Assembly: GCA_964035575.1 (NCBI GenBank)
Contig: OZ037838.1
Coordinates: 1,054,001-1,118,000, forward strand
Length of the DNA stretch: 64,000 bases
Source: Rhynchopus sp. YZ270_cl-10
Taxonomy: Eukaryota
Direction: 5' to 3'
Positions 11,168-22,936 of this stretch are shown one piece after another (positions within the stretch are counted from its first letter, which is position 1; every line of letters begins with the position of its first letter). Below the pieces are notes generated by a model, which saw nothing but the letters and a program-made list of their open reading frames with translations, searched no databases and was not told where the DNA came from. A program made the position numbers and the translations under genes.

Positions 11168-12555
11168 TGTTTCGCGAGGGGTGGGAGGGTGGTGACACCA
11201 TAACGACTACCACTAACTCAAAAGACATTGCGCCCCTTTTTTTTAGGTTTCCTTTTACATCTTCTGTTGTTGGCCGCAGGGTACTGCTTTCATCCAGCTG
11301 TGTGTCAGTCGGAGGTGCCTGCATTAAGAAATTCACTTTTTTTTTTTTTTTTTTGCTAAGGGTGGCACAACTTTTTTTTTCGTTTCCCGCTCGCTGACTC
11401 TGGGAAAAAAATGCGCGCGCGCGCAAAAAAAAAGTTTTAAAAAAAGTTTTGCCTGAAAAAAAGTCGACAAAAAAGTTGTGGGAACAGGGTGATCCTGTGG
11501 GCTTTTATACAAAATCGCCTCAGGGGCCCCAAAAACGGGTGACCCAAAACACAGTTCTTTAGCATTTCCGGAATCCGTCCAGAAAGTGGTGGGGTCAATC
11601 TCGAAAATTGGACAATTTTTTAACCACTTACTGGGGGGGGTCGAATAGTAGACCCCCCCTTTGAATAGTAGACCCCCCCCCTAAATTTTAGACTCCAATT
11701 TTTTTGACCCTATTTTAGGTGCTCGAAAGTGGATTCTGACCCCCATGTCCAGGTCACAAAAATGCCCGATGAGTCCAATAAAGCAACAGATTTCATGTTT
11801 TGAGTAGTTGTGGTAAAATGTGGAAAAAAAATTATACAGGGGGGGTCTACTATTCGGCCCCCCCCCAGTAAATTTTTGAGAATATGAGCGCCCATTTTCG
11901 GACAAAAAATGCTGCTCGAAAAAAATTTCCCCTGAAAATTTTTCAGCCCCAAAACATGCCGCGATTCGCATTTCCGGAATCTGTCCGCACTGTGGTGGGG
12001 TCAATTTGCAGAAATGGCCAAGTTCTTGGTTTTGGTCAAAATGAGTGTAAGGAAAAGGGGCCAAGGTAAACCCACAACTCAGATTTGCTCTCCTTGATGC
12101 TGAAACCATGAAAATGCGCGAAAACACCGGTATTTGCATTTCCGGAATGCGTCCGTTGTGTGGGGTCAATTTGCCGAAATGGACGAGTTTGTATAAATTT
12201 TGGTCAAAATCGTGTACAACCCCGGTGAAGAAAAAAATATTTTCACGAAAAAAAAACCCAAAATGTCCACCAGTACCCAGTACCCAGTACCGAAACTTTT
12301 TTTTCCACCAAACTTTTGGTGTGAACCGTTGTACGCGGTACAACCGCGGGAGACATACGGGCGAACCACGGGGAATTTGGAGGGGGTACCCCTTTTTATT
12401 TTTATTTTTCCCGTTTTTTGGTGTTTACTCTCACGGTGGTAAGGGTCACACAGAGTCACGGTTCTAACCGAGCGGGGTCGCAAAATTTTCTAATGCGCTG
12501 AATTATCCCAAAAAAGTGGTTTTCTCGGGGAAAATTTTTTTTCAACCCCTACAGA

Positions 12556-13320
12556 CTGTACTGTACTGTACTGTACTGTACTGTACTGTACTGTACTGTA
12601 CTGTACTGTACTGTACTGTACTGTACTGTACTGTACTGTACTGTACTGTACTGTACTGTACTGTACTGTACTGTACTGTACTGTACTGTACTGTACTGTA
12701 CTGTACTGTACTGTACTGTACTGTACTGTACTGTACTGTACTGTACTGTACTGTACTGTACTGTACTGTACTGTACTGTACTGTACTGTACTGTACTGTA
12801 CTGTACTGTACTGTACTGTACTGTACTGTACTGTACTGTACTGTACTGTACTGTACTGTACTGTACTGTACTGTACTGTACTGTACTGTACTGTACTGTA
12901 CTGTACTGTACTGTACTGTACTGTACTGTACTGTACTGTACTGTACTGTACTGTACTGTACTGTACTGTACTGTACTGTACTGTACTGTACTGTACTGTA
13001 CTGTACTGTACTGTACTGTACTGTACTGTACTGTACTGTACTGTACTGTACTGTACTGTACTGTACTGTACTGTACTGTACTGTACTGTACTGTACTGTA
13101 CTGTACTGTACTGTACTGTACTGTACTGTACTGTACTGTACTGTACTGTACTGTACTGTACTGTACTGTACTGTACTGTACTGTACTGTACTGTACTGTA
13201 CTGTACTGTACTGTACTGTACTGTACTGTACTGTACTGTACTGTACTGTACTGTACTGTACTGTACTGTACTGTACTGTACTGTACTGTACTGTACTGTA
13301 CTGTACTGTACTGTACTGTA
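12556..13320. repeat. Perfect microsatellite (CTGTA)n, ~153 units
   Basis: Direct reading, 765 bp. Confidence 0.98.
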
Positions 13321-13322
13321 CT

Positions 13323-13673
13323 CTGTGTATACTGTGTATACTGTGTATACTGTGTATACTGTGTATACTGTGTATACTGTGTATACTGTGTATACTGTGT
13401 ATACTGTGTATACTGTGTATACTGTGTATACTGTGTATACTGTGTATACTGTGTATACTGTGTATACTGTGTATACTGTGTATACTGTGTATACTGTGTA
13501 TACTGTGTATACTGTGTATACTGTGTATACTGTGTATACTGTGTATACTGTGTATACTGTGTATACTGTGTATACTGTGTATACTGTGTATACTGTGTAT
13601 ACTGTGTATACTGTGTATACTGTGTATACTGTGTATACTGTGTATACTGTGTATACTGTGTATACTGTGTATA
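13323..13673. repeat. Perfect 9-mer satellite (CTGTGTATA)n, ~39 units
   Basis: Direct reading. Confidence 0.98.
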
Positions 13674-13695
13674 CTCACAATTATCGCACAACCTA

Positions 13696-14380
13696 CCCTC
13701 CCCCGTGCATAAGTCTGCGTATAAGTCCGATTTTTGGGGGGGCTGAGGGCCTCCGGACTTATACACGGGGTTTCGGACTTATGCACGGGTATCAGACTTA
13801 TGCACCGTTCGGTTTTGTGCACCCAGGTACCCAGACCCATGCAGTGTCACATGAGTGACCCACACATGAGGGAATGTGACACCGCAAAATTTACCCTCTT
13901 CGTGCACCTTCGGTACAACGCCGCAGACAAGCCAACCAGCGTTGGACTCAGAAGAATGCCTGCTGTGCAGGTATCAAACATGAGAATCAACTCCCAGCAA
14001 CAAGGGGCACCTTTTTTGGCTGCTGTTTGGGGTGCAAAGTTTTCCACAATTTTGCAGGTAACAGGTTCACATCTTTGAGAATTGTGAGGATGATGTTTTG
14101 ACATGAGAAGCGCAAAGATGATCCCTGGTGAATACACTGCCAATAAAAATAAATTGCGCTCACTTCACTCGCGGAAAAACACCCAATATTTCCCCCCCGC
14201 TCGCTTCGCGAGCGGGAAAACGCGTCAAAAAAAAATTCTCCCTACTACCAGTACACAAAACCGGTGTATAAGTCGGCCTGTGCATAAGTCCGATCCTGAG
14301 CCCAAATCTGCCCGGACTTATACGCGGGTCATCGGACTTATGCACAGGTCATGGGGGTCGGACTTATGCACGGGGGGGAG
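13696..14380. mobile_element. TA-TSD MITE (Tc1/mariner-type) nested between the satellite arrays
   Basis: TA|CCCTCCCCCGTGCATAAGTC ... GACTTATGCACGGGGGGGAG|TA. Internal GGACTTAT motifs. Target site accTAggt. Confidence 0.75.
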
Positions 14381-14397
14381 TAGGTAATCAATTATCG

Positions 14398-14901
14398 CAG
14401 TGTGTACAGTGTGTACAGTGTGTACAGTGTGTACAGTGTGTACAGTGTGTACAGTGTGTACAGTGTGTACAGTGTGTACAGTGTGTACAGTGTGTACAGT
14501 GTGTACAGTGTGTACAGTGTGTACAGTGTGTACAGTGTGTACAGTGTGTACAGTGTGTACAGTGTGTACAGTGTGTACAGTGTGTACAGTGTGTACAGTG
14601 TGTACAGTGTGTACAGTGTGTACAGTGTGTACAGTGTGTACAGTGTGTACAGTGTGTACAGTGTGTACAGTGTGTACAGTGTGTACAGTGTGTACAGTGT
14701 GTACAGTGTGTACAGTGTGTACAGTGTGTACAGTGTGTACAGTGTGTACAGTGTGTACAGTGTGTACAGTGTGTACAGTGTGTACAGTGTGTACAGTGTG
14801 TACAGTGTGTACAGTGTGTACAGTGTGTACAGTGTGTACAGTGTGTACAGTGTGTACAGTGTGTACAGTGTGTACAGTGTGTACAGTGTGTACAGTGTGT
14901 A
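14398..14901. repeat. Perfect 9-mer satellite (CAGTGTGTA)n, ~56 units
   Basis: Direct reading. Confidence 0.98.
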
Positions 14902-15636
14902 CAGTGTATTGTACAGTGAATTTTTTCTATAGGTCAACAACTTGGCCATTTCTGCAAAATGACCCCACCACTTCCTGGGATTGGCTCAAAAATGCAAATG
15001 CCAGCGTTTTCCTTCACATTCCCGCAAACCCGGAAAAAAAAAATAAAACAGGGTACCCCCCAGCCTGGTGTTAACCACGGGAGACATACGGGCGAACCAC
15101 GGGGAATTTGGACCGGCGACACACCAATTCAAACTTTTTTTTTTTTTTTTTGAATCTCGAAAAAATAATGCGCGCGCGAGCGGGAAACGAAAAAAAAGTT
15201 GTGCCACCCTAAGTAAGAGAAAACCGAATGGAGTGGGAACGTTAGTGAGAGCGCAGCGGAAACGATAGTGGGAACGCAACGAGCTTTTTTCATAATGTTT
15301 TATTCTTCCCCACAAAATATGACGCGCAGAGAAACACTCGTTTTTTCACACAGCACGTCCGTTTGTTTGTCTTTCTCAACGACACCTTTTAAAAAAAAAA
15401 TTCCCCGGTATCACATATGATACTGATTTCCATGGATACACCTGGAAAGGAGTTCCGTGCTATTCACAGAACTCGATAGGCGATTGAGCATATCTAGCAA
15501 CAACCAAAACAGAAGAAAGTACAAAGAAGAGAATAAAAAATGCAGGAAAAATAGACAAAAGAGAAAAACAAAGAGATTTTGACAAAGTGAACAATAAAAC
15601 TCACACCTTACCTATACACCCCACAGGCACAAACCC

Positions 15637-16949
15637 ATGGAGATCTATTATGAAGGTGAACTCTGTGGGAGGACGGGATGTGTGGAGGTCCCTGTGGATG
15701 GGAGTGTTGCTGTGCTGAAGGCACTTATCGCCGACGACGCTGGGCTGCCGAAGCGCGGCTGCCGAAGCGCGGGGTCGAATACTTCCTGGGCGACACACAG
15801 CTCACGGACGACACAGCCCTGCTGCAGGACACACACATTGCACAGCACGACAAGATCCGGCTTCGGTGCATTGGCTACCCTTCAGTGTGCGCGCCTCTCC
15901 TTCCACACGAGAGACGTGCCTGCTTTGCGCTGGCAATAAGCCCAGACAGCACTAAACTGATCATCTCCACCGCAAGCGAGAAGGCGGCCCTCTACGACAT
16001 CAACACTTCGGCTCTCCTCCGTGAGTACGAAACCGGCGTCACAGACTACGAGGAATTCCCCCAGGTGCTCTTCGCGCTGCACGCAACAACCCTTTTCTAC
16101 ACAGACTCTGCCTTGAAGCTCTATGTCACCGACTACAGTGCAGATGAAGAAGCGCGCGTCTTTCCCTTCGAAGGCGCGACGCACGGAATCGACAACATAA
16201 ACGAAACGCAGGTGGCGGTCATCGAAACCGTCGACGACAATGACAGCAGCATGCTTGCCATCTGGGACATCACCACGTTAACCCAGCTCCGCATCCTTTC
16301 CTGTCGGACGTTATCGGAGGAAACCTTTCAGTATTTTGGCGTCTCCGTGTCACCATGCGGTGAACACTGTGTTGTGGGTGGGTGGGAGAACATCACAATG
16401 ATTGATCTTGCGACAGGCGAGTCCACACCGCTCCTCCGGTCAACACAGGACACCGAGATCGCTACCGACAGCTCCTCCTCCTCCTCTTCCTGCTCCTCCT
16501 CCCCTGAAGGTGCCGAGGTGATCTACACCTCAGTCAAGACACTGCCCGGCAACCGCTGCATCGCCTGCGTCTTCGGCGCAATCGAACTCTGGGACACCGA
16601 GAGCCGCACCCTCATACGCACCCTGAAGCGCAGTGACAGAGAACGCTTCTGGCAAGACCGTGACTCCGACAGCAGCATCGACGACTTTGAGTACGCAACC
16701 TGCGACGTCTTTGGGTCCATCTGCGTCTCGGTCCACATGGGCGCGCAGGAGTTTTGTGTATGGAACCTTGACACCGGGGAGAGCCTTTCAAAACAAAAGG
16801 GCACAATCCCAATGCCCCTCTTCGTCCGTGCAAGCCCCTGCGGAACGTTTTGGGTGTGGGTAGGTGCGTCCCAGGAGGAAGACGACTCAGACTCTGACGA
16901 ACAAGATGCTCCAGTGGCCTCCGTTGAAATGTGGAGAAATGCTGCCTGA
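15637..16949 (+). pseudogene. Type-2 Ubl + WD40-like beta-propeller gene, frameshifted by a 14-nt tandem duplication
   Basis: MEIYYEGELCGRTGCVEVPVDGSVAVLKALIADDAGLPKR continues in another frame as GVEYFLGDTQLTDDTALLQDTHIAQHDKIRL (Ubl pattern), then WD-like blades (AALYDINT, LAIWDITT, IELWDTES, FCVWNLDTGE). ggctgccgaagcgc is duplicated at 15743-15770. Confidence 0.8.
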
Positions 16950-17668
16950 GTTTTTTGTTTAGATGTGCGTACACTAGAGGCCCGTTCATTTTTCAAGTTT
17001 TCTTTTGTCTTGTGTAAAAAAAAAAACAAATAGCGAAGCACAACCTGAACGCACCTGAGAGCTAGTGAATCTCTCCCCTTTCACAGATGGCCAACCTTTC
17101 GTAAGGGAGTAAAAATACATTTGGGATTTCGGGGGGAAAAAAAACGTCAAAAAAATATTATATATTTAGCGGATGGGTACAACTTGGACCTGGACTTTTA
17201 ACTCTCTTTTCAAAAGTTCTTTTCATCTTCCAGTGTTATTGTTGTCTCTTTAGGAAACACCAAAACACCAATTTGAAGGGCCATTTCCGTCGCATTTTGT
17301 TTTGTTTTGTTTGTTTTTTTTTGTGCGTCTCATTTGTTCTACTGCAACGTTGTACTTTCTTTAAGGTGACTAAGCACGAGAGGTCTTCCTTTTTAGGCTT
17401 TGCGAAAGGTCCAAAAAGGCATTTTCCCCCCCAGGGTGGATGTGATCAGCGACAGACCAAACGACGAAAGAAATAAAGAAAATGGGATATTTCATTTCCT
17501 GTGTGTCAGGTCTTTATAGATCGTTGTTGTTCAGGTATGCGGTTTAGTGCCGATGAGGATTTTTCAATTTCTATTTGTTGCTATTTTTCCACAACAAACA
17601 CATACAAAAAAAGCAAGGGTACTTCTTTAGCACCCTCTGTACCTTCTTTTCATTAGAAAAAGAATGTA

Positions 17669-18681
17669 CCCTCATAGTAAAAATAATGTTTTTTCAAAAA
17701 TAAATTAATAAAAAAAATGACCCAAAAGTAACATTTTTTTTGTAACAATTTAATAAAATGTTTTATTCGTTTTTTTGCAGTTGGGCAAAAAGTAACAAAT
17801 GTTACAAGAAAAAATAAAAAGCCCATGGTTGAAGCACGGGAGTACCATAGGGAACTGGGTTGCTGACCACACCATCCAGGCTGTACCTCAATTTTTTTTT
17901 TTGCCTGCGGCGCCATTTTCCCCTTTTTGCTCCGCAAAAAAGGGTTCGTTGAGTGACTCTGTGTAAAAAGCTATATTTTTACACCATGGGTGTCCGCGCT
18001 GTATGCTTTATTAGCCCCCCCAGTAACATTTTTGTTACGCCTGCGGCGTAACAAAAATGTTACAAAAAAATAAAATCCAAACAATGAAAAAAGTAACAAA
18101 ATGCAAAAACACGGGTCGGGAAAGATCTTTTTTTTTTTTTTTTTTTTTTCGAGAAAAAAAATCCTCTTCTCCCGAAAAAAAAAAAAAAAAAAAGATTTTT
18201 GGGAGAAAAAAAAAAAGAGAAAAGATTTGAAAATCCTGGAAAAATCCTGAAAAATCCTGGAAAAATCCATGAAATTTCATGAAAAATCTCGAGATCTTGA
18301 GAAATCTTTGAAAAAAAAAAAAAAAAGATTTTCAAAATCTTTTTTTTTTTTTTTCCCAAAAAGATTTTTCAAAATCCCAAAAATCTTTTTTATCTTTTTT
18401 TTGAGAAAAAAAAAGATTTTCAAGATCTTTTTCATCTTTTTTTCTCTTTTTTTCCTTTTTTTCCTTTTTTTTTCAGGATTTTTCAAAGATCTCAAAGATC
18501 TCGAGAGATCCTGAAAAAAAAAGACAAAAATCCTGAAAATCTTGATTTTTTTTTTTTTCCTCTCGAAAAAAGACAAAAAAAGACAAAAGATCTTTCCTGA
18601 CCCGTGCAAAAATGTTATAAAAAAAATAAAAATCGCCGAAATAATTTATTTGTAACAATAACATAATTTATACTATGAGGG
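17669..18681. mobile_element. TA-TSD MITE (Tc1/mariner-type)
   Basis: TA|CCCTCATAGTAAAAATAATGTT ... AACATAATTTATACTATGAGGG|TA. Confidence 0.8.
18110..18606. mobile_element. MITE with CA...TG ends and 6-bp TSD, nested
   Basis: CACGGGTCGGGAAAGATCTTTT ... AAAAGATCTTTCCTGACCCGTG, flanked by CAAAAA on both sides. Interior rich in AGATCT/AAATCTT motifs. Confidence 0.8.
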
Positions 18682-19619
18682 TATATGAAACAATTTCTAT
18701 TTGTTGCTATTTTTCTTCTTTTGTGAAAATCAAAAGGGTATTGGGTCTCCCGACACGGTACTTCACCTCAGGGAACCTACGGGAGCGAACCCTGTTGTGC
18801 ACGATGTGTGTGAACGATATCATATGAGACCGGCGTGTGTGTGTGTGTTTGATAACTAATAGGGGGGTAATTCTTGCGCAGAATATGGCCCCAATGTGTG
18901 TGTGTGTGTATCTGTGTTGTGTACACGTTCTTTTTTGCTTTCCCTAAAAATAGTTGCAAAATGGGTTTTTGCAGAGTCCAAATCTTTCCAAACAAAAAAA
19001 AACCCCCCACCCTACTCCGTTGGGTGCAACACTCTTCTCTTCGTCTTGATTCGTTGTTTTTCCCCCTCTACATTTTTTTTTATACCTACAAGCGTAGCTT
19101 AAAAGAGAAATAGTTCCTCAGATACGGTCGCCAATCACCCCTCTAACAGGGTAATTGAGCAATCAACGAAAAAAAATCTTTACTTACCCATCGGAGTTAC
19201 TATTTTTTACACAATAGAGGCACTCATATTCCACTAGTCTTTTGAGGTGAGGCTGAGGAGCTGAGATGCTTACCACGTACCCCTTTTTTTTCTCCGCAGT
19301 ACACCGGTCATGTACCAAGGTACACTGTCACTGAGCGGGCTTTGCTGCATTGCGAGTAAACTTTTTTTTCTTCTTCTCCGCTCGATATCCCCCAGCCTTC
19401 CTTGCCGTCCCAGATGCGTTTTCTTTTCTTTTCTTTCTTTACTATCTGTTTCACTTTTATTTTATCTGTCCTTTCCCCACCCCCCTCCCCCTCCCCCGGT
19501 TCTTGCAAAACACCCCCCATAGCGTACCAAAAAATAGCCTCCCTATATACCTCTTTTATTCCCCCTTTTTCCCCTCCCATTTTTTTTTCAACACCCATCT
19601 TTAACAGTGATGTGCAAAG

Positions 19620-20597
19620 ATGTCTCAGGTACTTCTTGATGTGTTTGCCTCGTTTTGTGTATTCGGTGCTGGCAGGCGGAAGGATGTCCCGAAGAGCACC
19701 CTCGAAATGGACAATGTAAAATTCATGAAATTCTGCAGAGAATGCTGTCTATTAGACGAATGTTTGACCAAGATTGATGCGGATTTGTTATTCCAAAAAT
19801 CGAAACCGCTCCGTGCGAGGAAGGTTGGCTGGGCTGCCTTTGTAGATATGTTCTGCGAAATCGCACGCCGCAAAGGTGTTTCCCCTGAGGACCTCGAAGA
19901 CCATATACTTCGCTCCGGTGGTCGTCCATTACAAGCTAACTCTGCCCTTCGTCATACACAACGTACCACCACCAACACCACCACCCCTCCTACCGGCTCC
20001 ATCATCGAACCTCTCTCAGGGGAAGAATTACCTAGTGCAATAGGCAGAGTACTACCATGGGAAAGCCCAAACTGGTCTTTCTCACCTCATCTCATGACCC
20101 AAGCCGGCTGGCGTCCAGGAGGCTCGACAGCACCGCAGAGTCAACCCCAAGCTGTTCTGGATGACTCCCGCCTTCCTACCCCAGAATCGGTGCTAATCGA
20201 AGCCCGCGCGAGGTCTGGAGGGGGTGACATCATTAAGGGGGCAACCGCAGCCTCTGTCTATCGGTCTTTGTCTCAAGGGCATGGAGAGAGAAGGAGGAGG
20301 GTCGGAGGAGGGTCCTTTGGGTTTCCTGTCTCGGTAGGGATGATGCCTTCGGTGAGGACGCAAGCGGTGGAGAGAGGAGGAGGAGGTGGTGGTGGTGGTG
20401 GAGGGGGGGTTGCCAGTACCGTGCGCACGTTGTCCCCGAGGCATCCTCACCCGTTTGATAAAGTGGGGTCCGTGGAGAGTCCCCTAACAGGAGGTAGGTT
20501 GCCGCGTGAGATTGGGCGAGTGCTGCCCTGGGAAAGCCCCAACTGGAGAGCCCTGCCCCAAGCGCCGGAGTTGTTTGCGTCACCAAGGATGGGGTGA
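19620..20597 (+). CDS. p25-alpha/TPPP-domain protein with long low-complexity C-terminus
   Basis: N-terminal F..FC.FG...EMDNVKFMKFCREC.LLD..LT..DADLLF.K.K....RK....F......IA.RKG is the p25-alpha signature. Confidence 0.8.
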   Translation: MSQVLLDVFASFCVFGAGRRKDVPKSTLEMDNVKFMKFCRECCLLDECLTKIDADLLFQKSKPLRARKVGWAAFVDMFCEIARRKGVSPEDLEDHILRSGGRPLQANSALRHTQRTTTNTTTPPTGSIIEPLSGEELPSAIGRVLPWESPNWSFSPHLMTQAGWRPGGSTAPQSQPQAVLDDSRLPTPESVLIEARARSGGGDIIKGATAASVYRSLSQGHGERRRRVGGGSFGFPVSVGMMPSVRTQAVERGGGGGGGGGGGVASTVRTLSPRHPHPFDKVGSVESPLTGGRLPREIGRVLPWESPNWRALPQAPELFASPRMG

Positions 20598-20985
20598 AGA
20601 AGAGGAGGAGGAAGAGGATTGATTTTTTTTTTTTGAAATTTTCTGTGAAATTGTTGCAGAAAAAAAAGGGTGAGGGTGAGGGTGAGGGGGGGATTTTTTT
20701 AGAAGAAAAAAAACTGAACAAAACAACTGAAAAAATAGAAAAGAAAAAGTCTTAAAAGAAAGCAACAGAACAATGCAGTGCGAATACTAATCTTATCGTG
20801 AAAGCTTATTGTCGTAAGCGCGATTCATGGTTCGGTTTCTTTTTTAAGTGGACTATTGTCTGATCAAAGACAAATCATTGACAGGGGGAAAAGGGGGAAA
20901 AGGACAACGACCGCTCACAAAGTGGTGTGCATCAAAAAAGAAAATTTGTGTACAGAACCCGTCTTCGGACACAGGGGAGTATCGG

Positions 20986-21120
20986 GTGCGAAACGTTTAT
21001 CCATGTATTGCACGGGAAACAACATGACAAACAGGTGCAGGGTGGTTCCGTGCATATCATAGAACCTGGCACCCTCTCCCAAAAACCAAAAAGCGTTGTG
21101 TAGTTTTGAAGGAAGGGAAA
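20986..21120 (+). repeat. Dispersed ~140-bp repeat (second copy at ~548-692)
   Basis: Shared gtgcgaaacgttt.tccatgtattgcacgggaaacaacatgacaaacaggtgcagggtggttccgtgc...gttttgaaggaagg. The adjacent 21128-21177 also recurs at 59311-59360. Confidence 0.85.
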
Positions 21121-22936
21121 AACTTTGTAGCGGAGCACACTCTAGGGTGGCTACACTAATACAACCAAGTTTTCAAGAAACGATTCCGTCAAATGCTATA
21201 GCGGTGTTGCCCGAAAAGGGAACCATATTTGTCATATCCGAACAAATAACAAATGACCTTACCTCTCTCCCCCCGCAATGATTTCCCTCTCCTATTTCCC
21301 CCATCCCACAGCAGCTGAAGAAAAGAAGTTGTACTACATTGATTGTGATCAAGGTGACTAAACACGGAAGGCTTAGGTTCATCTTTGTCATTTTCCCTTT
21401 TTGTTTTTTGTTATTTGAAAGTACATGAATTTGTTTTTTACTGAATAGTGCCTCCTGCCATGTTAGGGAAACTTGATGTGATGTCGCGGATTGGTCGCTA
21501 CTCCTATTTTAGGTTGAGCCTAAAAAAATAGTGCACACATATGGATATATTTTATATGCCGCACTAATGCTGTTCTGTATTTTATAATTATACAGAATGC
21601 AAAAAAAAAGCATGCATACAATACAGCAGTCCTGTATGCTCTATGTTTTTTTCCTTACAGAAGTGGTACATAAAAAGAAACCCAAAGAAAACAATGTAAC
21701 CTTTTTAGGTTAGAAAGAGCGTGATGACATTTATACCCTAAAAAAAATGTCCGTTTATAGTACCCAACGGAAAAAGTACCCAGGCGCAGCTCAGTGCGTC
21801 CTGTTTTTATTTTGTAAAAAAAAAAAAAAAGAGAGCTACATGTAGGTGGACCGTTTTTGGTCTTTTTACTGTCTGTAAATCCGCTTCTGTCGCTTCGGCG
21901 GCTTTTGATACCGTAGGTGAGGACAATGGTATGTTCCCTAACCTTCTCTGAGGATCAGGCTTGTACTGATCCCTTTTTACAACGTCAGACCAATGTGCGT
22001 CATTGCCACATTCTGGGTAAGGTGTGCAGTCTGTGGTCCCAAGTTGTAGGGATTGCAAGAGTAGAAACATTGGTATTTTTACTGGTTAGGCCAATTTGAT
22101 CGTGGTGTGGTAATCTTAGCGGTTATCTGTTGTCTCTAGTTGTGATGGAGCGACTTATAGCTAACGAAGTCCGGTTAAGACTAAGGTGGTCGCGGTACAT
22201 TTGTTGTTTATAATGGTTTGGTCATGCGTGCCAATGTTATACTCTTTTCTTTTCGCTTTGAATTGTCGAATTGTACAAAGGACAAAGGATGGTTAAACGA
22301 GTTTTAATCATTGCTTGGGCGGCGAACTACTAAGTCCAGAAAATTCAGTTAAAGCTTTTTCTTTTATGGAAAAAAAAAAACAAACGAGTTCTATTTTCAA
22401 TTTTTGATGTTTATTGTGTGGTGTATACTGAGTGTTACACAGTACGGTGGCTGTGTAGATATTTGTTTGGATTGGTAGCATTATTGCACGGAATACTTTA
22501 CGTATACACGGCAGCCATCAAAGCCAGGACTTTTTAGGTTATCTAACCCTCCGGTGCAGCATACAGGACTTACCTGTAAATAGATAAAAAGAAAACGAGA
22601 CTTTTTTGCTTTTATGTGTGTTTCCCCTACCCAAAAAAAAAAAAGGCTTTAGTAGAAGGTACCAAATGTTCACACGAACATCGGTTTCATAACTTTCACC
22701 CACCATATAAAGGGGAATTACTGAAGATGTCTACCCTTTTGAATACTACTGTATAATTCTTAAGACTGAAACAGGGTAAAAGTTCGAAACCAATCTACTG
22801 AAAGTTTCAATTTATGCAAGGAAACAGTTTATTTTTCCCCTTTCACATTTTTGCAACAAGGAATTTAAAAAAAAAAGATGGGTTGTTGTTGTTTTTTATA
22901 CACTTCCCTAATGCTTTCAAATTTTATTTGAAAGTA

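Larger units (their letters stand above)
11360..15209. mobile_element. Non-autonomous TIR transposon, TAA TSD (PIF/Harbinger- or Zator-like), carrying microsatellite arrays
   Basis: ~35-bp TIR GGGTGGCACAACTTTTTTTT(T)CGTTTCCCGCTCGC, TAA at 11357-59 and 15210-12. The right flank matches the element-free sequence at 6310. No transposase ORF. Confidence 0.85.

Noticed and set aside
12556..14901. Telomeric repeat or chromosome end
   Set aside because: Arrays are internal, enclosed by matching TIRs and a TSD, and not G-rich TTAGGG-like.
12516..15074. Long ORFs of 176-432 aa (TVLYC, CIL, YSV, VCT repeats)
   Set aside because: Artefacts of stop-free microsatellites, open in several frames on both strands.
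15690..16462. Segment missing from the spacer fragments as a spliced intron (processed pseudogene)
   Set aside because: The junction ggaggtcctaccg does not match GT-AG removal, and the segment encodes Ubl and propeller sequence. A genomic deletion at imperfect microhomology (gaggtc/gagatc) fits better.
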